A DNA stretch of 64,000 nt from Gracilinanus agilis. Lineage: Eukaryota. Positions within the stretch are counted from its first letter, which is position 1; each line of letters opens with the position of its first letter. The notes beneath the pieces are model-generated. The model was not told where the DNA came from, made no database searches, and saw nothing but the letters and a program-made list of their open reading frames with translations. This document shows, piece after piece, positions 13,801 through 26,700 of this stretch. Made by a program: the position numbers and the translations under genes. The stretch is taken from NCBI RefSeq assembly GCF_016433145.1, contig NC_058131.1:557251395-557315394 (forward strand), read 5' to 3'.

Positions 13801-13920
13801 GGAGGAGGACCAGGAGGGACTTCGTCGGACTGGTAAAGGGAGGCTGGGGTTGTCCTTCTTGGAGTGAGGAGAAATTAGTCCCTCCTCTCGGGGGCAGATC
13901 ACCGTGCCTGGGGAGCTCAT
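7861..13920 (-). CDS. KLHL33: Kelch-like protein 33, long form with two BTB domains, BACK and Kelch repeats (776 aa)
   Basis: complement(join(7861..8365,8842..9009,9347..10271,13188..13920)) = 2331 nt. All introns are GT-AG with consistent phases, and the ORF ends in TAG at 7861-7863. Motifs: BTB (VHRVALVCGSEFFGAML), BACK, Kelch repeats (LYVCGG, LYALGG, VYVSGG, LYVAGG). Sits next to OSGEP as in human. Confidence 0.92.
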
Positions 13921-14287
13921 GGCCCAGAACTAGCTGGGTCTGAGGAAAGGTGGGAGAGGAAGGAAATTAGATGCCTGTCAAAGTTTGCTACTTCTCTCTC
14001 TTGGGTTTATAGGGAAAAGCACTTCTGTCCCTGTCACCACTCACCAGGTTCCCAAAGTGCCAAACCCAGTACTTCAGGCTTTGCTACCCTCCCGTCGCTC
14101 CCACCTCAGGACAGTTCCCTCTTTTCAGCGTTTTTGTGGGAGCTAGGCTGTCACACAGCAAGAAGGAGGTAATTTCCGAGTTCCAAGGAGACAGAGAGCG
14201 ATATAGGGACCCTTCCTGGTGCTGAGGACTCCAGTCTTTGTCCAACCACTGCCCTCCTCCTCTCTGCTCCAGGGACCCTGGACTTAC

Positions 14288-14400
14288 TCAGTCTCTATGG
14301 CTGCTCCCCCACGCCACTCCCAAGCTCCCCCATCCTCCTCACCTGGGTGCTGGGCTTTGCCTCTGACCCCCAGGGAGAGGAAACTTGTGGGGCTACTCTA
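14288..14400 (-). other. KLHL33: Probable non-coding first exon of KLHL33
   Basis: Minus-strand donor ga|gtaagt at 14288/14287. A strong acceptor (ctaat branch point, polypyrimidine tract, cag) opens the ATG exon at 13939. TATA-like element ~25-30 nt upstream. The 5' end is approximate. Confidence 0.55.
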
Positions 14401-14419
14401 GCCAGCCGCCCTGCATGAG

Positions 14420-14429
14420 CTAATTATAG
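14420..14429. promoter_or_regulatory. MEF2 consensus site (CTAATTATAG) overlapping a TATA-like element of KLHL33
   Basis: Exact match to CTA(A/T)4TAG. Reads CTATAATTAG on the KLHL33 strand just upstream of the inferred first exon. Confidence 0.55.
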
Positions 14430-17400
14430 ACAGGTAAGGGACTGAGGTTGTGGCTGCCTGGGCCCGGAGGACACCCAATCCCCAGAGCCCCGTCCCCAGA
14501 TGACCTCTGTTCCACTTGTGGATAGTGGAGCTATACAGAGAAAACTCAGTGGCAGATCGGGGCTAAAGGAGGAGGGGTGAGAAGAGCCCAAGAAAGCCAA
14601 CTGAGCTTGGGGCAGTAGAAGGAAGAGCAAAGGAAGTCTAGTCTGAGGAGGAGCTGAGCAGGAACAGAGATGAGGTATTTAGGGGCAATCCCCTAAGATT
14701 TTGACCATTGACTTTTCTGTTCTCTATAAAGCTAAGGTCCAAGAGGAAACAAGGCTTCTGAACAGTGGAAACAGAAGCGGGCTTTATACTGGGGGTGGAC
14801 CAGGAGCCTGAGAGACTGAGGGAGGCACATAGAGAGCAAGAGTCAGGGCTGCAGATTGAAAATGATCCATTTCCAAGGTGTTGTGAGAGAGGGACAGGGT
14901 GCTCTAAAGCCCTCTAACTGTTGAAATGTTTAAATATTGTGCCTCCTACTCCCATCCATGATTGACTGGCTCTTGGAATAGGGATTGATGTGTGGGGCAT
15001 AACTGCAATTTTAACCCCAGGAATTAGTCCTGAGATTGTCTGAGGCTCAAGACATTAGGATTCCTAGGCTATACCCTCTGGGATCTTCTCCCAAGAGCTC
15101 CTCTTTGAAATCCTTCTGCAGCTTCAGAGATGGAGCTCTTGGGGTTGTGAAATTCTACCCCAATCCCCCACAAAATTCTCTGGGTCAGAAATCCCAGAGA
15201 AGTGGGTTTGGGAAGGGGCAGTGATGCTCTGCCCTCACTTTTACATAGTTGGAGGGCAGGAGGACAAGCTGAAGGTTGCTAAGGGCGGACTCTGTGGCCT
15301 AGGATAAAAGGGTAGAACTGACCTATCAGACTGACCTGACAGACACAGAAGGTGACTTCCAGGGTGATGAGTACCTGGTGGTGGGGGAGGTAGTAACCTG
15401 AGTAACTGTCCAGATTCTAAGTCACAGATTGGCCTAGACTCCCCATCTGACTGTCTAGTGTCTGCAGCCCCAACACCAGTGGTTTGCTTCCTTGACCTGA
15501 TTACCTTCACCAGTCTTGGAGGCCAGAGCATCATAGCCCTGCACTGAACCAGCAAAGGAAATGAATTCTGTGATCCTCAAGGCAGTCAGGTCATCTTGGA
15601 CACCAGGGCCAAGGATCTCTGGTGAAAGATAGTGGCAATTTCTTCTCTCTGCATCAACCTTTCCTTCTCTACCCCACTCTTTCTCACCACTGCACACTCC
15701 CATGGCTTCTCCAAGTTGGAATCAAAAGTCTTGGGCACCCACCTGGAGAAGAAGGGACCTCTAAGTCCACCTCTAGCCTACAGGATTCTAGACACTAGGC
15801 CCCCATGTGAGTTTTACACCAACTCTGCAATTCCTGGATGTCTCTAATGAAGCCAGCCCTCACTGGTAGACTTTCAGTAGCCTGGCTCAGGTGAGAATTC
15901 CCAAATCTCACCTTCACATGTCTAGACCTCTCTAACTCCATTCTTCTTCCTTATACCCAATAAGATACAAGTTCCTTAAAAAACCCTCATTTCACACCCA
16001 CTTCAGTCCTATTAATCTCCTACCCTCCTTTTTAACCCTGTTTCCCCACTTAAATTCCTGTTCTCACTGGAGGATCCTTCCCTTATCCTCTCCAAGAGAT
16101 AATGAATTCTTTTCTCCTAAATGAAGCTGATTGTAGACAATGACACCCAGAGGACCCCTGAGCAAAGCCAACTCCTGGTTCAGAGGGGTGGGTATATGCC
16201 TTCTCAGGTTGAGGAACCAGTGGCTAACTTCTTATCTGAAGAACTGAGAGAGGAACCTAAACAGAAAGATGAAGGGCAGGAAAGTGCTGAAACTGGTGAC
16301 CAAGCTAACAAGGACCCCATATGCTTTGGTTGGGTCATGGGAGTCATGATAAGGGGCTGGAGAAGGCAGTGTAGGGAATGAAGAGGACTGAAGAAACATG
16401 GAGGGGATAAAAAAAAAAGCAATGGGCTGCAGGAAATTTGGGATCAAGAGGAGCAAGATGGCCTATAGGGAAATTGCCAGACTGGACCTGGGAGATAAAT
16501 TCTTGGGAGAAGATTATTCATCTATCACTGGGATTTTCTCCCCCTAAGAAGCAATGCATGCTCAACATTTGGAGTGTCATCCTCTTCCTTTGACTATCTT
16601 GGATCACAGCCCAGAATGGCATAGGTATGAATCAACAGAAGGACTTCGACAGAGTAAAAGAGATACAGTTAAGAGGAAAGGGTGTCTGGGTATTCGAATC
16701 CAGAGATATTAATTAAGACTCTCCCAGGACTCACGTGGGCCATAATTTTCCTTTCCACCTTGGTCACCACCATCACTGGCTTGTCCATCTCAGCCATTTC
16801 CACCAATGGCAAAGTCAAACCTGGTAAGTTTGATCTCCTCTTCCTCCTTCTTCCATTCTCTCCTCCCCATAGCCAATCCCTCCTCTCATCTGTGGATCTG
16901 CCAATTCCACTGAAGATAGTAATCTAAATTCAACTCTGGACAGCCCATACCAGCCCAACTTCTTTCCTACCATCCCTAGATTTGGGGAGGAGTTGCTTCT
17001 TGGTTCCTGACCAATCTTTTCTTCACTCTGTCACTAGGAGGCACTTACTTCTTAATCTCTTGAAGTCTGAGTCCAGAGCTTGGAGGCTCCATTGGCCTCA
17101 TCTTCACCTTTGCAAGTGTTGTGGCTGTGGCTATGCATACAGTGGGCTTTGCTGAGACTTTCTGTGACCTTCTCTGGGTATGGCCCCCAATCCCACTCCC
17201 TCCCATCTCCTACTCCTGACCTGTTTTTCCAGAAGTGCATCTCTCCTTGACAGAGAACATCCTGGGCTTCTTCTCCTGGGGTGCCCTGACTTTCCCTATT
17301 TCAAGGACTGCCTGTGAACCTCTCCATGCCTTTCCTCTCTTTTCCCATTCCTGCCCATCCTAGGAACATGGAATGCAGCTTTAGCAGATCGAGCTAGAGA

Positions 17401-17630
17401 ACCAATTGAGGATCGAGGGTGTTATGACTGTGATAGTCTTGCTAGCTGTCTCACTGGCTGGAATGGAATGGGAGTCCAAGGCAGGCACACTAGGACTTAT
17501 TGGAGTAGGATTCAGAGAACAGGATGGGAGATGCAAGAGCTGAGGGGAAAGCCCATAGGTGAATGCAGAAAGAGCTAGGCTTAAAATGGGGGCACTTCTT
17601 AAAAAAGAAGGAAATTTAGAGAATCTAGAA

Positions 17631-17838
17631 CAGGGGTCGGTAACCTTTTTGGCCGTGAGAGCCATAAATGCCACATTTTTAAAAATGTGATTTCGTGAGA
17701 GCCATACAGTGCTCACAGTGTGCGCTCCTGTAACAGCACCTGAAAAAAAAATGGATTTTATGGCTCCTGTAGAAAGAGCCATATCTGACCCTCAAAAGAG
17801 CCAGATATGGCTCAAGAGCCATACGTTGCCGACCCCTG
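17631..17838. mobile_element. hAT/Charlie-type MITE (208 bp) in intron 6 of the SLC12 relic
   Basis: TIRs caggggtcggtaac / gttgccgacccctg (13/14 match). 8-bp TSD atctagaa / atctaaaa with a TCTAGA-type target. Confidence 0.9.
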
Positions 17839-18841
17839 ATCTAAAAAGAATAGTAAATACAGAGCCTTGGGGAAATAAAATGGAGACTTCTAAACAAGAG
17901 ACCTGTGGTGGAAGGAGGTAGGACATCTCTCCATAGTCTTAAGGCTGATCTCTTTCCAGCGGGAGGGAACCCATTAAATCTCAGGAATTCTTCTGACCAG
18001 TATCCTTAAAGCCTGATGTTTGTCAATGTGAGGTCTTATTAGAGGGACACTGAATGAAGAAGAGTTATAATGGAATTTAAATGAAGCTGTTTATTGGGGG
18101 GAAGCAAAAGTATTGCTTACCTCATCCTAACATTTCTGACCTCTTTTTATATACTTCCTTTTGTCACGATCTTCCAGGCCCAAATTATTTTTTTCTTCTT
18201 TATTATCCTCTCTTTCATCAATTATTTCATTGGGACTCTGTTTCCTGCAAACCCCACCCAATAAGCTACCAGCTTCTTTGGGTACCAAGGTAAGGTGAAA
18301 AGGAAGGGGACTAGGAGATATGAAGGAAGAGAAATGCTTACAGGGTTGTTCAGTCCTCCTGGTTTGAAGTAAATCACTAGAACTAAGCTGGGTTAGAGGA
18401 AAACAGTACTAGAGGCCATTAGGTGGTAGTGGATAACTTGCTGGGCCTAGAGTCAGGAAGACCTGAATTTGAATCCTGCCTTAAACATTTGCTATCTGTG
18501 TGACCCTGGACACTTAACTTCCCTTCCTTTAATTTCTTCATTTGTAAGATGAAAGGGTTGGACTCCATGACCTCTAAGGTCCCTTCCAATCCTAAATCTA
18601 TGAGTCTGTGACTTATTAGGTGAAGGGATGCCAAAGGATACTGGGCTAAAGTTTTCCTTATAGCCTTATTCCTGCTTTTCCCTGGCCTTCTCTCTAAGGA
18701 ACATTTTCCTAGGCAATCTTGTCCCACAATATCGAGGTCCAGAAGGCAGCTTCTTTGGAATGTTTTCCATCTTTTTCCCTTCAGCCACAGGGATCTTGGC
18801 TGGAGCTAATATCTCTGGGTACCTCAAAGTGAGCTGGGGCC

Positions 18842-18974
18842 NNNNNNNNNNNNNNNNNNNNNNNNNNNNNNNNNNNNNNNNNNNNNNNNNNNNNNNNNNN
18901 NNNNNNNNNNNNNNNNNNNNNNNNNNNNNNNNNNNNNNNNNNNNNNNNNNNNNNNNNNNNNNNNNNNNNNNNNN
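18842..18974. other. Assembly gap (133 N) in intron 8 of the SLC12 relic
   Basis: Run of N. Confidence 1.
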
Positions 18975-20298
18975 TTACTTTCCTTTTGCTTCCAGGACCC
19001 AACCATGGCCATCACCAAAGGGACCCTACTTGCCATCTTTTGGACTATCCTTTCTTACCTGAGCATCACAGCTACTATTGGTAAGAACCTCCTCACTTAT
19101 CTCTCCTCCAGAAATGCCTGATCCTTATTTGGTTCAGTCTCTGAGAGGAAACAAAGAGGCTGGAATGAAGAGGATGTAATGAACAGAAGTATAATGAGCA
19201 GAACTACTGATTACTCAGTCAATGAATGTATATTCATATCTGTCAACTAATTATTGATTTTCATATAATCTTACAGTGTTCTTTGGTGACTAAAATGCAG
19301 ACACACTGAGGCTGCGCCATCTGGGCAGTAATATTGAAAAAGAAATTCCTGTTCTGGGAGTAGCTTGGATCTTGTTGTATCTAGTCTGCACTGCTGCCCT
19401 TAGATAGGGACCCCTTCCTGGGAAGGGATCTGTATCCTCAGCTTCCTTCTCAGGCTCCTGTGTGCTTCAAGATGCTTCAGGGAACACAACAGATATGAAT
19501 GTGGGGAACAAGAGCTATTTGGGACTAGAGTGTCCATATGGCTGGGACTTCAGTAACTGTCGGGAGCTTGGCTCCTGTACCTATGAATTGTCTAACCACT
19601 ATCAGGTGAATGAGAGGAGGTAAAGAGATGCTCAGCTGAGGATACAATTCTAAGATAGGTGAGTAACAGCAGTTCTTCTGGTCCAAGGACTTTGGGGAAA
19701 GCCAAGAAGAGGAGGGGATAAGGAGAGAATGATTGGTTAAGAACTTCAATTTCTATTCCTGACCAATCTCATTTCTCTAAACTATGAGCCTGGTGTCTGC
19801 CTTCAGTCTTCTGATGTCTGCTGGAATCTTCAGTGCTACCCTCTCTTCTGCTCTCTCCTGCTTTATCTCTGCTCCCAAAGTCTTCCAGGTCAGTCAGCAC
19901 TTTGGAAAGGCCAAGAAAAATGGGAAATGTGTGACTGATGGGGTCAGTCAGGTAGGGACCAGCTGTTGGCACACTTTAGGGATGTGCCTCCCTGCTACAG
20001 TGTTCTTGAGTTGGAGCTGTGACTCAGAGACAAAGGGTCAAATTAAAGATGCAGAAAAAGGATAAGGGTAAAGATGGCTCCAGATGACTGTTCCTTAAAA
20101 CAAAACAATACCAAAAACCTGAGGCCCTTATGTATGCAGGATTAATCAATAAATGAATGACTTCACCAGGACTGAGACAGAATTGGTGAGATTTCTCTTC
20201 CCCATAAACTCCACAGACTTCTTGTCCCCTCAAAGCTGCCCAGGAAATTCACTCTATTCTGATTTACCTGTCTGAAAATGTTTAGTCCTTCCCTCCCA

Positions 20299-20543
20299 CC
20301 ACTGGTGTGAGGTAAATGTTTAACAATCAGCTCTCCAAAAACTTTTTAAAAAATGTACAATGTGACACACAAATTTAATCTTATTATTAACATTTTCTGT
20401 ATGACTTTCTTAAGTCTAGAAAAATCAAAGAAACAATCTATTAAGCCCAGCATTTGCCAGTTTCAAAGGTATAAATGTTCACATTGAAAATTTAATAGTA
20501 AGCTCTCAGGAACTTATAGGAACCTGTACTAGTATACCATTGG
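20299..20543. mobile_element. Degraded non-autonomous DNA transposon
   Basis: Imperfect TIRs ccactggtgtg...tataccattgg, AT-rich core. Confidence 0.45.
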
Positions 20544-21749
20544 CTCCTACTCTTCTATCATATTCCTTTAAAATGCCTCTTGGCCTAGAGTCCTGTACAT
20601 CCTTGGCACTCTGATTCCCTAGCCTCTCTATAACACCTCCCCCATGCCATGAACTGGTCTTTGCTTTTCTCCTTTTCTAAACACTGAAAAAGAAGGAGGC
20701 ATGAGTGTTCTGTTTTCCTCACCATCTGGGGCCCCCAGTCCAGGCTCTTGCTAAACCACTCTTTCAGTGTCTGTGCCAGGACAAGCTGTATCTTCTTCTT
20801 TGGCTTCTTTGGGAAGGGATATGGCAAGAACAATGAGCCACTGCATGGGTACTTGCTCACCTTCATCGTTGCTGTAGGCTTTATTCTCATTGGTAAACAT
20901 TTCTCCTCATCCTATCAAGGCTCCAGATATTGCTTTGTTCCCCCTTCTATGTAGCTTATTCCTCTCACATGCTTCCCTTCCACAAGGGATCCACAAGATT
21001 ATTTTCTTAAATGCTAGGGAACTGGAGAAAAGGGCAATAGGGGTAGTGGATGAGGAAGGGACTGTGCAAAGCACTTTAATAATATTATCTGATTTGAAGG
21101 AAGGAGTATAAATCCTGGAGAACTTGATGGAGGAATGTGTAATTCCTGTGTCCCTCATTTCGGATGCTCTCACTACATTTTCTCATTTCTTCCTTAAAGC
21201 TAAGCTGAATGCTATTGCTCTTATCATCTCCAACTTCTTCCTCTGTTCCTATGGCCCTTGTCAACTTCAGTTGCTTCCATGCTTCACTCACCCACTTACC
21301 TGGTAACTACAAGGGCAGGCTTGGGAATCTCTTTGACTGGGGAAAGAATTTGGGAGGTGGACATTGAGAGGAGGGTAGTGGGAAAAGAACCAGAAGCCAA
21401 TGGGTAGTCAGTGGTTGGAATGGAAACTTGGAGTCTGAGGAATGGTTGGGGATTAAAGGTGAGGGACAGCTTATGATCTCCTTTCTGGCCCAGGTTGGCA
21501 CCCCTCTTTCCATGGTATGTTCCTTGGCTATCCCTTCTGGGCTTCCTGCTCTGCCTGTTCATCATGTTTCTCCTCACCTGGTGGGCAGCACTGATAGCTG
21601 TATTACTCATTCTTCTTCTGCTACTGTACAGCTTCTACAAGAAGCCTGGTAAGGAAGGGTGTGGAGAGAGGTAGGAGTGGAAGAGAGCATGAACCAAGAG
21701 AGGAGAAGAGCAGAGGGTACTCCCAGTATAGGACACCCCCCCCCGAACT

Positions 21750-21752
21750 GTG

Positions 21753-21804
<52 letters not shown>
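21750..21804. repeat. (TG)n microsatellite
   Basis: Direct inspection. Confidence 0.95.
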
Positions 21805-21806
<2 letters not shown>

Positions 21807-21986
21807 AAAGTGGGGTTGGACGACCAAATCTAGTTAGCTGTCTACATTTGTAAAAACCTTTCTTAGCTTGAGGGCCTGAAGGACAAAAACTGGCAGGTAT
21901 TTTTGGCCTGGAACCATAGTTTGCCAAGCCCGGGGCCAGAGAGAAGTAGCATCTGAGCCTCCCCCTCCTTAGGAGTGAGAGACCTT

Positions 21987-22202
21987 GGAAGCAGCTGGGT
22001 AGCTCAATGGATTGAGAGCCAGACCTAGAGAGAGGAGGTCCCAGGTTAAAATTTGGCCTCAAGATACTTCCTAGCTGGATGATCCTGGGCAAGACACTTA
22101 ACCCCCTTTACCTAACCCTTACTGCTCTTCTGCCTTGGAACCAATACACAGTATTGATTCCAAGATGGAAGGTAAGGATTTAAAAAAAGGAAAAAAAAAA
22201 AA
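21987..22202 (+). mobile_element. Opossum-type SINE with TSD in intron 14 of the SLC12 relic
   Basis: TSD gagtgagagacctt (21973-21986) / gagcgagagacctt (22203-22216). Confidence 0.88.
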
Positions 22203-23319
22203 GAGCGAGAGACCTTACTGCCTTCCTTGGCATTGCTGTTCTAGTTCCCCTGCTTCATCCTATATCGGTTAGTTCTCTGACCATTTAACCCATATTCATA
22301 GATGTGAATTGGGGTTCCTCAGTCCAGGCTAGCACCTACCACATGGCTCTGACCTACTCAGTAAGCCTGACCAGTGATCACGTCAAGAACTTTCGGTGAG
22401 ATACTCCTTGACCAGGCAGAGGTACTAAATTGTAGAGAATCTGTGGGGGAGAAAAGGGGAGATAACAGAGTAGGGAATTATCAGGGAGAGAAAGACTCTA
22501 GTAGGAGTAATCCATGACCATTTAATAACAGAGGGAAAGGGGAAAGGATGAGGGAAGACAGAGGACACCAGGATTCCAAGCCTTATCTTAACCTGTTTTA
22601 AGAGTAGGGATGAGCTCTAGAGAAAGATGGATGTGGGTCAAAGCATACTGTCTTTCCCATCCATGTATTTATGGTGTTTAGTTTGGGGTTTGGGGTTAGT
22701 ATGGTTTTTCAACAATGATCAATATGTAAGTGTGTTTTGCATTAAAATTTTTAAAATAAGGGTAAGGAAGAGTCCTTAGGTTTCTCTCCACATCTTTCTA
22801 AAGTTAACCATGGATAGAAGAAATAGCTGATTAGTTATCTTAATGCCATTCCTGCTGTCCTTTCTTCAGCCTTCAGTGTTTGGTGCTGACTGGACCACTC
22901 AGTCAAAGACTAGTACTGGTGGATTTTGTGGGTGCTTTTACCAAGAATATCAGATTTATGATCCGTGGTGTTGTGAGGAAGATTAGGTAGTAATTAATTA
23001 AGTATTAAGGATGTACCTAGCAGGAAGGTTGGAGCATTCCAAGATGGAATGAAGGAGCAGGAAGGTGCTTGTGCTCTGAGAGAGACTCCATTAGGAGTTG
23101 GCACAAACTGTTGTTAGCCCTGGGAGATCTCAGAGTAAAGGACACCCTACATCCTGATTTCCCTGGGATCCTGAGTGGTGGTGATTTCAAACAAATGGAC
23201 AAGAACTACAGAGCAGCACCAAGAAGAGGAGAAGTTTGGGATCTGGTGGACAGCATCTCAAGCACACTCTCTACTTGGGTACCTTGGCTTTTGACATCCT
23301 GAGATCATCTGTGGATTAC

Positions 23320-23756
23320 TGTGAGAAACCCCAAAGCCACCCTCAGCCCTTAGATGTGCTAGTCAAGCCTGGCAGGAACCAGATCTGATGCAGCCTCCCA
23401 GAGACTCCATTACTGCTCCTTTGGCCCTGTCTGCTTAGATCACTAAGATTAGAGTAGAGAAGTCCTCCCCTTACCCTGTGGTTTTGCCCTTTAGGTTTTA
23501 AGTATAGAAATCCCTTTCCCACCTTTTAGTTAAACATAATTAAACCTGTTAAAACCTTTTACCTTGCCTGCTGGTTTCTAGACTCTGGCCTAGGGAAAGC
23601 TGAGTGACAGTTGAGGCCAACTGCCATTCCTGTGTTAATCCAGTGAATTCTGGTCTCCCCATCCTGGTCCAGTCTCTCCTACTACCCAGAGTGTGTACCC
23701 ACAACCATTTAGATTTATTGTAACATCCCTGGTGCCCTCCATTATCTATTTTCACA
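23320..23756 (+). mobile_element. LTR-like segment in intron 16 of the SLC12 relic
   Basis: tgtgagaa...ttttcaca termini and an ATTAAA signal. No clean TSD. Confidence 0.4.
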
Positions 23757-26700
23757 GTAGGAATGTAGTCTTGGTAAGTGGAAACATGGGGAGATTAGAA
23801 ATACTGCCTAAAAGGTGTCAAGAGCACTGGGAGTGGGGGCGAGGGAGGGAGGAAGGAAGGTAAGTTTGATCATATAACTTGGGAAAACTTAGGTGGAAAT
23901 TTATTGTTTTTATTATTATTTTTGTTATTATTATAATTGGTATTTTTTAAAGGTCAGGGTATAACAATAACTTTGTTTCTAGGGAAACAAGACAAATATT
24001 TGTCATCTGAGCTCAGGTCAGTGGGGATTGGGATAGATTAAAATCAGGAAACCTCCTGACCTCTAATCTCTGCTGGCCCCTTGGGAGACTCATTCATTCA
24101 GGCATTCAGGATTCAGAGGACCATGTGAAGTGGTTCAATATATGGAAGATTCGTTCCTTTTACATAGCTATCTCTTCACCAGAGCTTCAGGCTGGGACAG
24201 AGTCTCATGCAGGTGAGTGCTAAGGACCAAAACTCTCACCTATTTGTATACCTACCATCTCTCTCATCCCCACCATACTGCCTCCCACATTCCTTCATCC
24301 ATCTTTTTATTACCTCTTCTCCTAGGTCTCAGGTCTGGGCAGGCTGAAGTCTTATGGGTTAGTATTGGGATGTAAGCATGATTGGCAGGAGATGTCCACA
24401 CTAAGTGGGCATCATACAGTGAGTGTGGGAGGAAGGGGTCCCAACTATACACCCTCCATTCAGTGTGGTGGGAAGGGAGAGATGGGACTTGGAGACAGGA
24501 AATAGTAGAGGATGTGATCATGGTGATCCTCCAGGCCAATGAAAAGGTGGTGACCCCAGGGAAGGGTGATCCCTTCAGGTCCTATCCCCTCAGTAATTAC
24601 TTCTCCTTCCCCATTAGTGATGCTTTTGATTACAACTATGGAGTCTGCCTTCTGAGAATACTAGGGGGACTGAGTGTGACTCCTCGTCGCCGAGTCCATG
24701 ATAAATTGGGGAGGTCAGGGATTGGAAGGTGAGAGATAAGTAATTAAGGGATTAGATATGGAATAAAAAGAGTATATTCTGGGTAGCACAATGAGCAGGA
24801 CTCAGGGTGGAAAGGAACCAGATACTAGGATTCAAACAAAGTGGATTTGTTACCGTATCTTCAGTCTGTCTATATATTAGGCTTTCCTAGGACTGATTTT
24901 GGGGGAGGGAAAGGAAATTTTAAGTGCACTTGTTGGAAACTCAGGTGGGAGAGATTTGGGTCAAGTGACTTGGGGTATAACTAAGGCTTAGTATGGTCAG
25001 GAAGTACAGTCTCTGAATTTGCTTTGAAGTTCTTCCAAATTCTACGGCCCACACATTCTTATCTCTCCAACCCATACTTGGGAGTCGCCCAAACAGTACA
25101 CAGAAACACTCCTTCATTTTAGGGAATCTGGCTATTCATAAGTATAGGAGTGGGGTGGGGAAGAAAAAGTTTAGGGAGGTGACCAAGATCTTTTTCTTCT
25201 GCTCTCCTCTACCTGCCCTTCCACCAGTGAATCTCGTGTTTTTGGACTCTGAAGGAACAGATGCCTTGGAGAAAGGGGAAGGGGCCACTAAATACAGAGA
25301 AGGTAATAAGGTAGAGGGAATAGCAGTGGGCAAGGAGAAGGGAACTTATACAAGAAGGAGATGCCAGGGTTAAAGAAGGGGAAAAATATACAATTGTGAC
25401 TCCATAATCCACTAGGATAGAAAGTGTAGGGGGTGTCTTTCCCAGAAAGTTAATTCCTTTGGGAGAAAGGGAAATCCATGGGGCTGGATTGAGGGTAATC
25501 AATCAGTTGGGGGGGGTAGTCTCAGTTTCTCCCCACCTGCCCCCTTTTGGGCAGCACCACTAGACCAGCAGTCCTGAACCCTGTTCCAGTCCAAGTAGGG
25601 CAACTGGACAGTGGACATATACTGGCTGAGTGATGATGGAGGTAGGGATCCTAGGACCCTCATTCCACCCCCCTAATTCCTACCTCCTTGGGAGGGTGAT
25701 TCTGAGAATGAGATGAGCTAGTCAAAGGGAAGTACAGAAATAAGTTTTCTGTCTGATGAGCTCAGCCCTTAAAATCCAAAGACAGGTCTAGGAGTTTCAG
25801 AGGGGGATTCCCAATGACAGGAAACAAAGCTAGTCTCATTTCTTACATTGCTTCCCAGACCAATCTCTTCTCTATCTTAGATCCCCTTCACATTTTATCT
25901 TTTATCCAACTTCCCTCATTTCTATTCTATATTGGAGTTGGAAGGATGTGCTGTGGAGAAAAGGGGTAACTGTCTATCCTCCTCTTTCTTTACAGGGTTG
26001 ACAGTACTGATCCCCTACTTGCTGACTCACTGGAAGAAGTGGACTAAATGCCCTTTTCATGTTTTTGTGAGCAGCCCTCCCGGATGCCTAGAGGAGAAGC
26101 ACAGAGTGAGCAAGGCACAAGGGAGACGTGAAGATGGCTCAGGGTCAGGGGCTAGCTCTAGACCTTCACTGTATGACTGGAAGTATATAACAACAGGAGT
26201 GGTAGTGAGTTAAAGCTATTCATACAATATACTCTCCATTATCTCCCCTTCTGCTAGGATCCACTCTCTCCTCAGCAGATTCCATCTAGGCTTCCAGGAG
26301 GTGGAAGTGCTTCCTGAACTCACAGGCAAACCAAAGGAGAAAAGGTGAGGACCACCCCCACTACTCTACTGTATTTTCTTTCTTGCCGTACCTTCTTTCA
26401 CACAACTGAGAGGCTTAACCTGCCATAATCAGATGGCCCACAACTTAACCAGAGCTGCTGAGTAGGAAGACAGAGGTTGAGATGCTCAAACAGGGTTTTA
26501 AAAAACATGACTAAAGCACCAGGGACTAACCAGAGGGAAACAGAGTAGCTTTTAATGTTCAATGGGATGGTTAGGGCTGAGTTGACTGAAGTGGGAGAGG
26601 TACAAGATTAGTGAAACAGTGCAAAGAACAAAACACTGATGCTCTGTGGTCCTGGGAAGTCTGTGGGATGGCAATGACTACATTTGCTTTGGGCTAGGCC

